A DNA stretch of 63,858 nt, the filler included, from Dugesia japonica (taxonomy: Eukaryota): NCBI GenBank assembly GCA_001938525.1. It is 5 parts of 5 records of this genome, joined end to end, with 100 filler letters (N's around TTAATTAATTAA, not from the genome) between each part and the next. Parts side by side here need not be neighbours in the genome. Positions count along the whole stretch, not along the records: positions 30,721 to 43,036 come from MQRL01576228.1; positions 43,137 to 54,184 come from MQRL01622306.1; 3 more parts are not named here. One strand, 5' to 3'. Below are positions 39,751-51,689 of this stretch, piece after piece. Positions within the stretch are counted from its first letter, which is position 1; every line of letters starts with the position of its first letter. The position numbers and the translations under genes are program-made. The notes beneath the pieces are model-generated. The model was not told where the DNA came from, made no database searches, and saw only the letters and a program-made list of their open reading frames with translations.

Positions 39751-40399
39751 AATTCTAAATAAAATGGATAATGAAGAAATATTGGCAAAAATAAAACTTT
39801 TGAAAGATTTAATTAAAGCTCAAGATGGTTCTAATAATTTATTAACTGGTAATGTAATTTAATCGAAACCTTTACAAGATACTTTAACCTTTGATCAACA
39901 ACCTACTATTAAGGCTATTGAAAAATTAATACAAGACCTAAAAACCCTTTTAAAAATGGAATACCATTCTTTTCTAAACTTAATTTAAATGTTGATAATT
40001 TATCTAAAACAATTATACCAATATTTGCAATAGAAGTTTTGTATAATAAAAACTTTCAAAAAATAATGTACCCACACAAAGAAATATATTTATTTGAAAA
40101 AAGTGATGGAAAGAAATACTTTTTAACAAAAGAAGAATTAATACCATGTGAGTATGTTTTAAGCGAGTTGAAATTTTTGTGTAGTTGGTGATCGTTTTAC
40201 TTGAAATCTTTTTTGAAAAAGATTTAAATTGAAATGAAAAATTAAATGACGAATAAGTAATTGTTTTAAATTATGAAATGAAATTTTAATAAGTAAACAG
40301 AAAATTTGTTTTTAAAAATCTTAATAAAAAATCAAATGACTAATAAGTAATTGTTTTAAATTCTGAAATTAAATTTTAACAATTAACAATTTAACAGAA

Positions 40400-40800
40400 T
40401 CTTGTAAGCTATCAACGTTGTGATCAAAAACTTGAGGGGTTTTTTAAAAACGTTGAAGATTTGGTCGATAAATTTTTAGAAAATGGAGTGTTGACGAAAG
40501 AAAAACTCTCATCAAAAATTCTAATGATTTGTGCAAATAGTAAAAAAGCAGAAGAAGAGATTATCATGCAAAAATGGGAGAAAGTAGAAAACATAAAATA
40601 AACATTATCATTAGTTAAAAAAATAGGAAGAAGAGAACCTATTAATGTAGAAAAGAGTTACGCAGGTGTCACACTTGGAGAACGTTAGGTAGAAAGAAGA
40701 CAAAATATTGAGAGAGTTACACAAAGAACAGTACCCCATTGTTGGACATGCCAGTGTTATGAGCATACAAAAAGAGAGTGTCCAAAAAATTCTCATGTGG
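40400..40800 (+). pseudogene. Gypsy gag fragment with CCHC knuckle
   Basis: CWTCQCYEHTKRECP near 40740-40785. Confidence 0.65.
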
Positions 40801-40806
40801 AAAATA

Positions 40807-42900
40807 AGTAGATCCTAGCACACTGGAACAACACCCCCGTCAAGGTTAAATTTTTTCAAGGTCAGTGTTCTACTTCATTCTCATTTGTTGAAATAATTCA
40901 AGGTCGAATTTTCAAGGTAAGTGATAGTATACTTCATTCACATTGGGTGATCAGTTATAAATCTAGTCAGTTCTAATTGGTGTAATATTTCAAGTTCGAA
41001 TAAATGTAGGTCAGGGTTAAATGAAAGTAGTTCAAGGTTATTTCTATGACAACTGTCATCCCTCAGACTTAATATTTGATTTCCCTGCACACATTTAATT
41101 TTATTGTTTTTTGGTTTTGTTTTTAATTTAAAAATCCAAGAGATCAAACAGTTGTTGATTTTCTAGTAAGACAGGCCTTTTCTAATAATAGGCAATTTCT
41201 TATTGAATCATTGATGCAACAATAAATCTACATGGTTATATTTTTATCGACTTTTCACAACAATGTCCAGACAAACTGAGAGTAAGAACCGATATTTTCA
41301 ATCATGATGGTGTTACTGTGGTTAAACAAATTAAGAAATTATTATACTTTTAAAATGACAAAATTTAAGAAAATTGTAGTTGATCAGATCAAAAGTATTT
41401 CTAAAATGAAGAAAGATAAACGATCAAAAAAGCGTATTGTAAAAAAGAAAAAGGGTGGAAAAAGGAAACAAAATAAACAGTTTAACATTTTTAAGAAACT
41501 TTCGAAACTGTATGGTAAGAAAATGTCGAACGTAAACGGAAAATATAAATCATTATTAACAAATACGGGTATTTATTATAAAAATATAAAATTAAATTAC
41601 AACGAAGTATTCCATTTTTTACATTATTAATTCAATCTTCAAACTCCGGCGAGAATGCAAATTTTGAAATCATTTCTAACGTTTGTTATAGATGATTTAT
41701 TTAAAATTATTATAAATATTGTTCGCGGAAATGTAAATGTGAATAACGCTAGAAAGGAAATATTGAAAAAACATAAAAGAACACTATTAACACTTGTAAA
41801 TACAAAAAATAGGAAATTGATGACGCGAGTAATACGAGATAATCAAGGAGGTGGTTTTATAGCAGCATTACTATCAATTGCATTTGCAACACTCGGATTA
41901 ACTCATTTTAAATAAACAATTCTTGGTTTTATAGAAGCATTATAATGATAAACTGATTCAAAAAAAGCAATGGGCGGCTTACAATCATTACCTAATTTTG
42001 ATTTCAAAATTTCATTTTATTGTTGTAATTGTAAATATTGTAACAATATCATATTGAATCATTTGAAGATGCAACAATAAATCTACATGGTTATATTTTT
42101 CTCGACATTTCACAACAATGTCCAGACAAACTGAGGGTGACGATATGGATTTGATGGAGATGATCCCGTATTCAATAAAAATAAAGGATACAAGTATATT
42201 TTAACATGTATTGATGCATTCAGTATATTTGCAAGAGCTATTTTGGTTAAATCGAAATTTGCTAATTATATGGAAAAGGCAATTAAATCAATGTTCAGAG
42301 ATGGACATCCGGATAATTTACAAACAGATTTGGGTAAGAAGTTTTACAACTTCAAATATTTACAAATACAAAAATATTTTATCACATCTAAAAATAAACT
42401 ATTATACTGTATTCTTTCAGTATAAAACGGCACATGTTGAGAGATTTAATCGCACATTAAGAGATGCTTTGAAAAATATTTTGTTCATACTGGTAATAAA
42501 ACCTTGATAAATGTGTTGTCAAAATTCATTCATGGTTATAATCATTCTAGTCATAAAGGTTTCAATGTAGCAATACCTGTTGACGTAAGTTCGAACAATG
42601 ATCTAAAATTAGGGCTATCACGTGATCAAGATAAAGCAAATAATAAACTAAAATATAAAGTCGGTGACCATGCTAGAATCTCAAAAATAAGTGAATCTCC
42701 ATTCAAAAAAAGTTTGATAGTAATTGAAGCGACGAAGTGTTTCAAATAACGAAAATACTAAACAAAATTCAGTCATGTATTTAATTAAAGATTATGAAAA
42801 TAATATAAAGTCATTCCACCTCCTACTATATATAGAATCGAAAAAATAATAAAATCAAAAGGAACAAAAAAGAATAAACAATATTATTTAAAATGGCATG
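40807..42900 (+). mobile_element. Second, rearranged Polinton: terminus, ATPase C-terminus, basic ORF, GGF-motif protein, integrase and chromodomain
   Basis: AGTAG start; KNPRD...RQAF...DAT..HGYIFIDFSQQCPDKLRVRTDIF (41130-41300); K-rich ORF 41304..41630; NIVRGNV...QGGGFIAALL (41655..41915); LQTDLGKKF and HVERFNRTLR; Y.IEKIIK..KQY..KW. Confidence 0.85.
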
Positions 42901-43476
42901 TGTAAGTAGTTTCCTCAGAATCTTCTATTTTGTTATTTGGTTCCATAAAAATTAACACTTGGGTTGTAAATAATATATTTCATAACAAAAGGTGATTAAA
43001 CAAACAAATTTGACAAGGAATTTATTTCTGGCAATTNNNNNNNNNNNNNNNNNNNNNNNNNNNNNNNNNNNNNNNNNNNNTTAATTAATTAANNNNNNNN
43101 NNNNNNNNNNNNNNNNNNNNNNNNNNNNNNNNNNNNAAAAAAACTCTCAGAAAATATGGAAAATTTTTATAACTTATATAAAGAAGATGAGAAATATTGG
43201 GAATCTAGAAAAGAAGAAATAGAAGAGAATATAAAAAGTATTAAATTTCTAGATACTTAGTTGCGTTCCAATCTACAGATAACAACTGTATCAAATGAGT
43301 CAGTGTAAGGCCCCCTAGGGCTTTAGTGTTATGTTTTGTTGTTAATTAAAACTTTCTATTATATTATTATCAATATAATATACGTTAGAATAATAAAATA
43401 TCAAAGTTTTATTAAAAAAGTCATCATCAAAAATAAAAATTTCAAAAAACCGCCATTTATTTTTATAAAACTTAAT

Positions 43477-44345
43477 AGATAGTAGTGCATAACGTTAAAC
43501 TCCATAGTTATTTAAGAATAATTTTTCTATACATAAGTGTATCAGTATCAACCAATCAAATTACAAACGTGTGTGTATGACCTTAAAAATGGCTTAGTAT
43601 CCACCAATTAGATTACGCGAAAAATGCTTTGTTCTCGTGAATGTGTGCATGAATATTTACGTCTGGTTTAGAGAAATGATAACTCATAGTCGTTGTTTTT
43701 TAAAATGATGATTCATTCATAGCAACTGATATCCTACATAATTTTTATAATCACGTATATTTTAATAAACAACCTTCAACTTTGTGAGTAATGCTATTTG
43801 TTATTTTGTTTTAATTATTGACTTTTTAATTTGTTTTTAATTTTTAAATAAAGATTTTGGTTCTTAAATTTTTAATATATCTTTCAAATTTAAATTTTAA
43901 GTTTTAAATTTTTTAACTTTAAATTTAATTTTTAAACTTCAACTTTTAAGTGGAATTTTACTTTTTGAATTATACGGTTTGAAACATGCCAGAGTTATGG
44001 TCATGCAAAAAGGAATTGTCCCGAGAATGCGCAAGTAGAATGATAGGCCTGTTACATGAATTGATATATATGTAAAGGTTTTCCAAGCAAGAAACCACTA
44101 AAAGTAGATTATGGACGGATATTGTATGCAAAAGATCTAAAAAATATGGATATAAGATAAATAGATTATGGGTTGTTTCGGATGACTTGTCTTTTTGTCT
44201 TAATTAAGTATAAATATTCATGCAGGCTACATGAGAACAAAGAACTTCTCTCGTAATCTAATTGGTAGATACTGAGGCACTTTCAAGATCATCCGCACAT
44301 GCCCCAAATTTGATTGGTTGATCCTAAGACACTTGTATAAAATGA
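43477..44345. repeat. Inverted pair of ~170-bp CCAAT-containing repeats (43530-43700 and 44180-44345) enclosing a gag knuckle fragment
   Basis: caaccaatcaaa...agtatc.accaattagattacg...ctttgttctc...gcatgaatattta occurs in both orientations; CQSYGHAKRNCP at ~43988-44025. Confidence 0.75.
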
Positions 44346-46398
44346 TTTCTCCTTACTCTTCGAGGTTTGTGTATTACTCCATAAATGAATGTTTGTCTTT
44401 ACCATTAACAAAATTTGGCAAGATAGACATTGCAACAAGCAAATTTTGATACAACATATATTTTAATATAATCATTTTATTTAAGGTTTCTCTTGAAACA
44501 AAAAAGAAAATAAAACGAGTTTGGCATATTGTTTCATTTATAATCAGTTGGATAACAGTTGGACTTTATTTGTGGGATACTGTGTCTTCATTTCTTTCAT
44601 TTAAATTTTGGACGTCAACCACTAATCGAACTGATATCATAAGTTGTTTGTATGCTTGGTTGGCGCTTACCATAATTGGGACCGTATTGCTTGTACTTTT
44701 AATCTATAATACTGTGATACATTCAATAAAGACATTTTCGAATCATGTCAAATGCCACTCATTTCCTCACCAATATTCAACATTTACATCATTTTATCTA
44801 TACGATATTCCAAGAGCAATCATTTTATTGATAATTATGATCAGGTTATTTGATTATTTATATTTTTAAAACGAAATACTTTTTATATTTTCTTCATTCC
44901 CATTTCTTATCTGGTAAACATTCTTGACATTGCCTACACACATATTTAAACATTATTGTCAATATTATGGCGATTTTTTGCTTCTTGTTTATTATAAAGG
45001 CTACTTTAGTAGCATTTTTGAAAATCCTATGAAGAGTGTCAATATATTAAAATGAAAAGATTATAGATATAAATTATATATTGAGTGTTTAGGATGAAAA
45101 TAAATCATAAATTACGATTCATAAATAAAAGTTTTGTTTATCTTTTTTTTAAATGCTACTTTTTTTCCACAAATGCTTCTTTTGTATTATTCATGCTACT
45201 TTTTAAATTTATAAATGCTACTGTTAAATATGCCTAGTCATAATTAACTTTTGAATTACTTCTCTGGTTACTTTCATACAAAATAATCCTGATGATATAT
45301 TAACTAACAAATTATATATGAAACCAATTCACAGTAAATTCACATATTTATTAATCTAGAATTATAGAAAATCATAAAATAAAATTTTAAAGCAAATTTC
45401 GGTATTAATTATTACTTGAAGAGAAATGCAACTAGAAAATATATGAAAATCAAATTGATACATTTAAATATTTATAATAATATAATTGCATGTGTGAGGA
45501 AATAATTATTAATTAATAATCTCACCCAATATGAATTGAGATATCTAAATATTAACATTTAAATACTTGTATTTCATAATTATTTATCTTATGAAATATA
45601 GTTTGTAGTAGTAAAATAAAAAATGTCTGACAATATGAATTCTGATTTGCAAAATGAATTAACAATTGAAGATCTACCTAACAGTATGTATTAAATATAT
45701 TTGGAAATTATTAAGAAAAACTATAGTTTTTGTCAGGTGGATCTGTAACATTCATCTTGGCATTTGAAAAAATTATCACTTTTCATTCTAAGATTTATTC
45801 AAGACAACAACAAAAACACCACTATCAATTTGTTTTTTTAAACAAATTTTTAAAACAAGCTAACATTTTTATTTAATTCTGACTGAAGTTATTTAAAAAT
45901 ATTCAAAAACAATAAATTTTAAAAAAAATTAATCATTTTGCAAAATTTTATATTTATCAAAAATATTCTGAATTAAATTTTTGAAAATTATCTTTTTACA
46001 AAATTTTATATTTAATAAAAACATTTTCAATTAAATTTTCTAACTTAATTACATGAAATGAATTTAATTATTTATTAAACTATTTTCGTTAACAACTTTG
46101 TTCGAACTATTAAAAAATTTAACTGTCGAAAACCATACTTACACTTTTTATGCAATTTTAAAAATGAAATATTAATATTCTTTATAATTGCAATTATTGT
46201 GAGAATAATTGTTGGACATATACGGACTTTGAAAGTGTAATTTAATATTGTAGAACATTAGATTTAGACTTATTATCATACAGATATACGATTGAAGTAT
46301 ATTGAAGTATATATATATATNNNNNNNNNNNNNNNNNNNNNNNNNNNNNNNNNNNNNNNNNNNNNNNNNNTATATATATATATATATTGAAGTAAATT

Positions 46399-46578
46399 CA
46401 TCATGAACTCCATAATTATTTAAGTGACTTACCTGTTGGAGCTGAACATCTAAACCTTCCAGGAAGTAAAGTAGAGAAATTGCGACTAATAAATCATACT
46501 AAAAATAATTATTTAGTACACTGGAGATTTTTACTATTATATTTACAATTAGGAGTTAAGATCTTAAAGATTCATAGA
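46399..46578 (+). pseudogene. Polinton pPolB internal fragment (stop-free, 60 aa)
   Basis: HELHNYLSDLPVGAEH...KL...KNNYLVHWRFL..YLQLGVKILKIHR matches the ELHD..DLPLAPE...KL..K..YV.H...G....KIHR pattern. Confidence 0.85.
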
Positions 46579-47469
46579 GAGTAGATAGATAGTGGCGCAC
46601 TGGAACAGTTACGGAATAATCGAAACTATACTGTACTGAAAATTTGAGCACTTTGATCGATCGATAAAAATACATGAAAACATTTTCGATTTCGATTTTG
46701 GTTTGCCGAATTTTTGGTCGGGAGTTCAAAAATTTGAATTTTCGGAATTAAATTTTTCAGCGAATTTTTATTGTACGATTTCATATTTAATATTTTTTAA
46801 CTCGGGATTAAATTCTTTATACGAATAAAATTTTACTTTTTTCTTAGCATTTTTGGTTCTCACTACAAAAATAGTGGCACACTAGAACACTTTAACTTGT
46901 TTTATAGAATTCTCGATTAATGCTTATTCTATAACTCTGAAAACAATAGTATTTTATTTAGAATAAAATTCTAAACATATTTTATATAGAGTTTGTTGAA
47001 AAAATATACTTGGTTTAAAAGATAGAAAATTACTGAATAAAATAAATTATCTACTCTGGAAATACTTATGATAAGCAAAAAAATTTGATGTCGTTGAAAT
47101 CAAAATAAAAAACTGAACATATTTCATAAAGGGTTTTCAGTAAAAATGCTTAGTTCAATAAATCATATATTTTTATAAAATTAACTATAAATTATAATTA
47201 TAATTAAAATAATAATAATTTTTAAAAGATTTTAAAACAAATCAACTAAGAATTAAAATCTAAACATATTTCAAATATGGTTTACTGTAAAAAATGCGTG
47301 GTTCTCGAAATAATATATAATTAATTATAATTAAAATAATAATAATAATTTTAAAAAATATTTTTAAACCATTAACCCCAGAATAAAAATCTCTTTATGA
47401 ATATAATTTTACTTTTCTCAAAACATGTTTGGTTCTCTCAGAAAGAGCTGTGGCTTTAGTATTTCTATA

Positions 47470-47683
47470 TACTATGTGTGTTGAGATGAAATAACTGTGT
47501 TGCGTTGAGTTACATAAGTGTGCTATGTTGAGTTGATTCAAAACTATTTATCTGTGTTGAGTTGAGTTAAGTTAAGTTGATAGTATTAATAATAATAATA
47601 AATAATAATTTTAATAATAATAACAAATAATAATTATAATTTTAATAATAGTAACTTTAATAATAATGATATTAATAATAATG

Positions 47684-47720
<37 letters not shown>

Positions 47721-47770
47721 NNNNNNNNNNNNNNNNNNNNNNNNNNNNNNNNNNNNNNNNNNNNNNNNNN

Positions 47771-47833
<63 letters not shown>

Positions 47834-48000
47834 TATGATTAGATCAATTACACATCACAACACAGATAAATATATTGAAGACAACACGACACAGAAAAAT
47901 AATTAACTCAACACAGCACGCATATTTAAGACAACACAGATAAATAGTTTGATTACAACACAACACGCATAAATATATTTAACACAACACAGATAAATCC
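47470..48000. repeat. Foldback-like structure: inverted arrays of tgtgttgag/caacacag around (AAT)n
   Basis: aaactatttatctgtgttg (~47541) is the reverse complement of caacacagataaatagttt (~47932); several modular copies on each side. Confidence 0.7.
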
Positions 48001-48299
48001 ATTTATGTTGTTTAGAATATACATATATTGAATTATAAATAATAATTATATTAGGAATAAATAATATTTGATAATTAATTAATTAATTAATATAATAAAT
48101 AACTAAATAAATTTAAATTAATTCTAAAATCATACATATAATTTAAATTACATGATTTGTTTCAAATCATATTGTATTTTTCGTTGATCATAATTGGTCT
48201 GGATTCTATAAACAGTCTTAAATTTAATGCAATAATTTAGTTAAATTGACTGATTTGATCGAGTACTGCGATAAAATATTACTAGTTATATTCAATAAT

Positions 48300-48780
48300 T
48301 TACTAAAACACTTGGAATTATTGCACCCATTTGCTTACTATATCACATGGGTTTTACTTTATCACGCGGGCTTACTGTGAACATTGATTTTACTGTTAGA
48401 CATTAGTTTTCTGTAACATTTTATTTATTGAAACACATGAGCTTACTTTATCCATTGGTTTACTCGTGAGCTTTACTGGGTAACATTGGTTTTGTGAATC
48501 TGATTTGTCTATTCTATCCATATGTTTACTGAAACTCATGGGTTTTAATATATCACATGGGTTTTCTGTACCCATTTGCTTACTATATCCACTTGTTTAC
48601 TGTATTTACTAGCTTTCTGTTGCTAAACTCTNNNNNNNNNNNNNNNNNNNNNNNNNNNNNNNNNNNNNNNNNNNNNNNNNNNNNNNNNNNTAAATTTGGT
48701 CTGTATTATTACGTTGTTTTCTACTATTTTACTATAACCATTGGTCTACTGTTTAATGCAACCGTTGAACTCTACAAGAC
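48300..48780. repeat. Degenerate ~19-21-bp minisatellite (ca.tgg.tttactg)
   Basis: Recurring cacatgggttttact / acattggtttt / gagctttactg; further copies at 49340-49420. Confidence 0.65.
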
Positions 48781-50229
48781 AAAGACAATAGAGTACATCT
48801 AATGAATACTATAAATCTATTAAACCTATTATATTCGATGAAATTTAGTGAAATTCATAGAAATTTGACAAATCTTAATAAAATTAGTCTATTTTAATAA
48901 CGAGTCTATACATTTTTAACGGAATTGCTTATGGACTTAGTATATATTTTGTGTATATCTATAAAAAGTTAAAAAAATCAAGTTATACAAATTAAATTAA
49001 GACCTAAAAATTTCAAACTAATGTCTCAATTGATATGTATGTGGTTGTAATTAACAAATAGTCGATTACGATTTACTCATAGCTTTCAACAATTTTTACA
49101 TAGTTTACTATATTTTACACATAGTGGTGATAATTTGCTTATAGATGTCTACAATCTATTCATAGGTGGTGAAATTTATGTATAAATAGTTACAATTTAC
49201 ACATCACGTAAGGAAAATAATGTGTGAATGATTGAACTTGATGAATTGATAATTAAAGATTAATTTGAGAAGTTAGTAATAAATCAAATAATTTACTTGA
49301 ACAACTTGATTTGATCAGGTATTAAGTGTATTATTGATTGACTTTACTATATTACACTGGTTTTACTTTAATACATAGGCTTTACTGAGACCATTGGTTT
49401 CACTGTTGCACATTAGCTAACTAGTGTATTTTCCTTGACAAAATTGTTATATAACTTAATAAATAATTATGTAAATTGATTAACTGTATGCGTAGTTAGA
49501 AGATAAAATGTATTATGATGGTAGACTATAGAATCATGTTAACTCTCAGTAAACATTAGAATCAGTTTGGAGTTTATTTTAATGAAAATAATGACTATTG
49601 TTTATAGATTTATGTCTAACAGAAAAAATTAAGCATATTCAATGAATTAATTGGTTGTATTGATTGATTTGAACGACTAGATTGAGATAAATGAAAACAT
49701 TGAATATAATGTAAGTCAAATATGTAAATGAATTGAATGTATAGGTTTAATGAATGTATCGGGTGCATGCAATTTTTCAGATTTATTGACTGCATTGGGT
49801 TAATGAATGCTTCAAATTTAATCATTTGTATTGGTTTAGATATAAGATATACAAGTGTTGACACATTTTTCTTTGTAATATTGAAGAATTTCTAAATGTT
49901 TTGAGTTGTATATACGAATAAAAAATTTCAAAATTTGAAAAGATTGCATTTATTGCAAACAATGGATTTAAACAAAATATATTTAATATGTTAATATAAT
50001 TAATTAATAATTTAAATTAAAATAATTTAAAATCAATACTAGGTTAATTTTTGAAATAGGACTAAATAATATTCACGTTTTAAGCACTCTATTGTCAAGA
50101 ATCGATGGCTTGTAACAATCAAACAAATATGTGCAACAACTTCTATTAATCTAAAGTAAGACAAATTCATGATTAAAATGGAAATCCTTGGACATAGTTA
50201 AATAAAGTATAGAATATTTTATCATCGTA

Positions 50230-50620
50230 TAACAATTTATGACTTCTCTAAAGTTTTTGTTAATTTTTACATACTACTTGGAAATTTTTGATAGATTTCC
50301 ATGACTTTTGTAAACATTTAGATATATTTCTATGACTTCAGTGAAATTTTGTATAATGTTTGAACACTTCTCTAAAATTATTCATAAATAAAACACATAT
50401 CGACATTCAATTGAATTATTTTCCCATTGTTTTACATAAGTTTTGAGAGTTTTCCAAGACGTCTCTGAAATGCTGTATAAATTTCTAATACATCTCAAAA
50501 ATTCTGTATGAGTTTCGCACAGTTCTCTGAAATTCTTTATAAATTTCCAACACGTCTATGAAAGTCTTTATAATATTTATACACTTCATGGAAACTCTGT
50601 ATAATATTCCTACATATCTA
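50230..50620. repeat. Degenerate ~32-bp tandem repeat; inverted homolog at 57430-57760
   Basis: Units tatgacttct..gaaattttgta; shared tttcccattgttt and its reverse complement aaacaatgggaaaa. Confidence 0.65.
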
Positions 50621-51689
50621 CAATAATATAATCATTTATCTTTCATCAGCACCATCTGCCTGTATTTTTGCGTGAATCTCTGCCTACAACTCATCTGTAA
50701 CTCTGCTTACACCTCTGTCTTCTCTATTCCCTCTTTTCTCTAAAAATTAAAAACAAATACTTTTAGTAATATATCCTTTATTTCTATGTATTTATTACTA
50801 ATATGAATAAAAATCTAAATACCCGGAGTATACTTTACTTATAATTTTCAACATTTGGTTTATTGATTGTATAATTTTAATAGTGTTTAATGGACTTGAA
50901 TAATATAATTATTAAATAAATTAAATGTATAATGGTTAATTGTATCACAAATTAAGTTATATTTGTATGAAAGTACTGTATATGTATGATATTAGTACAT
51001 ACATAATTTATTTAAAAAAAAAATGAGTATATGTCCCATTAAAATTAATGCTTAATTCAATAAAAGGAGCAATACACTTAATGAAATTACTGTTTACCTA
51101 AGAAATCTGTGTATTGACATATTACTTTGAAAATTCAAATACTTAACAATAAGATATAGAACAGATAACAAAACACAGAACAATTAGTAAAAACGCAATA
51201 AATATTATTGAAAATATTTATTCATGAAAATGGTCTATGATCTTCTCCTCGTATCCACTTATTCTCTGTGTAGCCACTCATTTTCTGTATCTTCATCATA
51301 TGGTGGCCACTGTTCCTTTATAACATCATCTTTAATAATATATTTGAACATCATTTTTAGTATTGCATCCATTTTAGTGATATGAGTACTAAAATTAAAT
51401 CTATTTATATAAAGATTCAATCAATCATGTTATACTTACATTACCCAATCAAATCCATATATGTATATATACCTAAATGTATATTACTTAATAGGCTTTA
51501 GTCTTGATAATAATGATTTTAATAGGCTTTGATCTTTGTCTTTAGGAAATCTGTCTATATTTATACAAGGTATGTATATTTCTTAGTGTATTTCTATTGA
51601 AATTTTTATGAAATTAATGGAATTGATAAAGTACTAAATAACACTAGTGTATGAATTATTGTACTTAATACATATTTTATTGGTATAAG

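Noticed and set aside
44380-44900. Possible gene or NUMT (TGA-rich minus frame; hydrophobic + ORF 44570..44869)
   Set aside because: TAA stops are also present and no mitochondrial or other protein motif was recognisable
48300-50620. CRISPR-like periodicity
   Set aside because: Units are degenerate and contiguous with no unique spacers, there are no cas genes, and the context is eukaryotic
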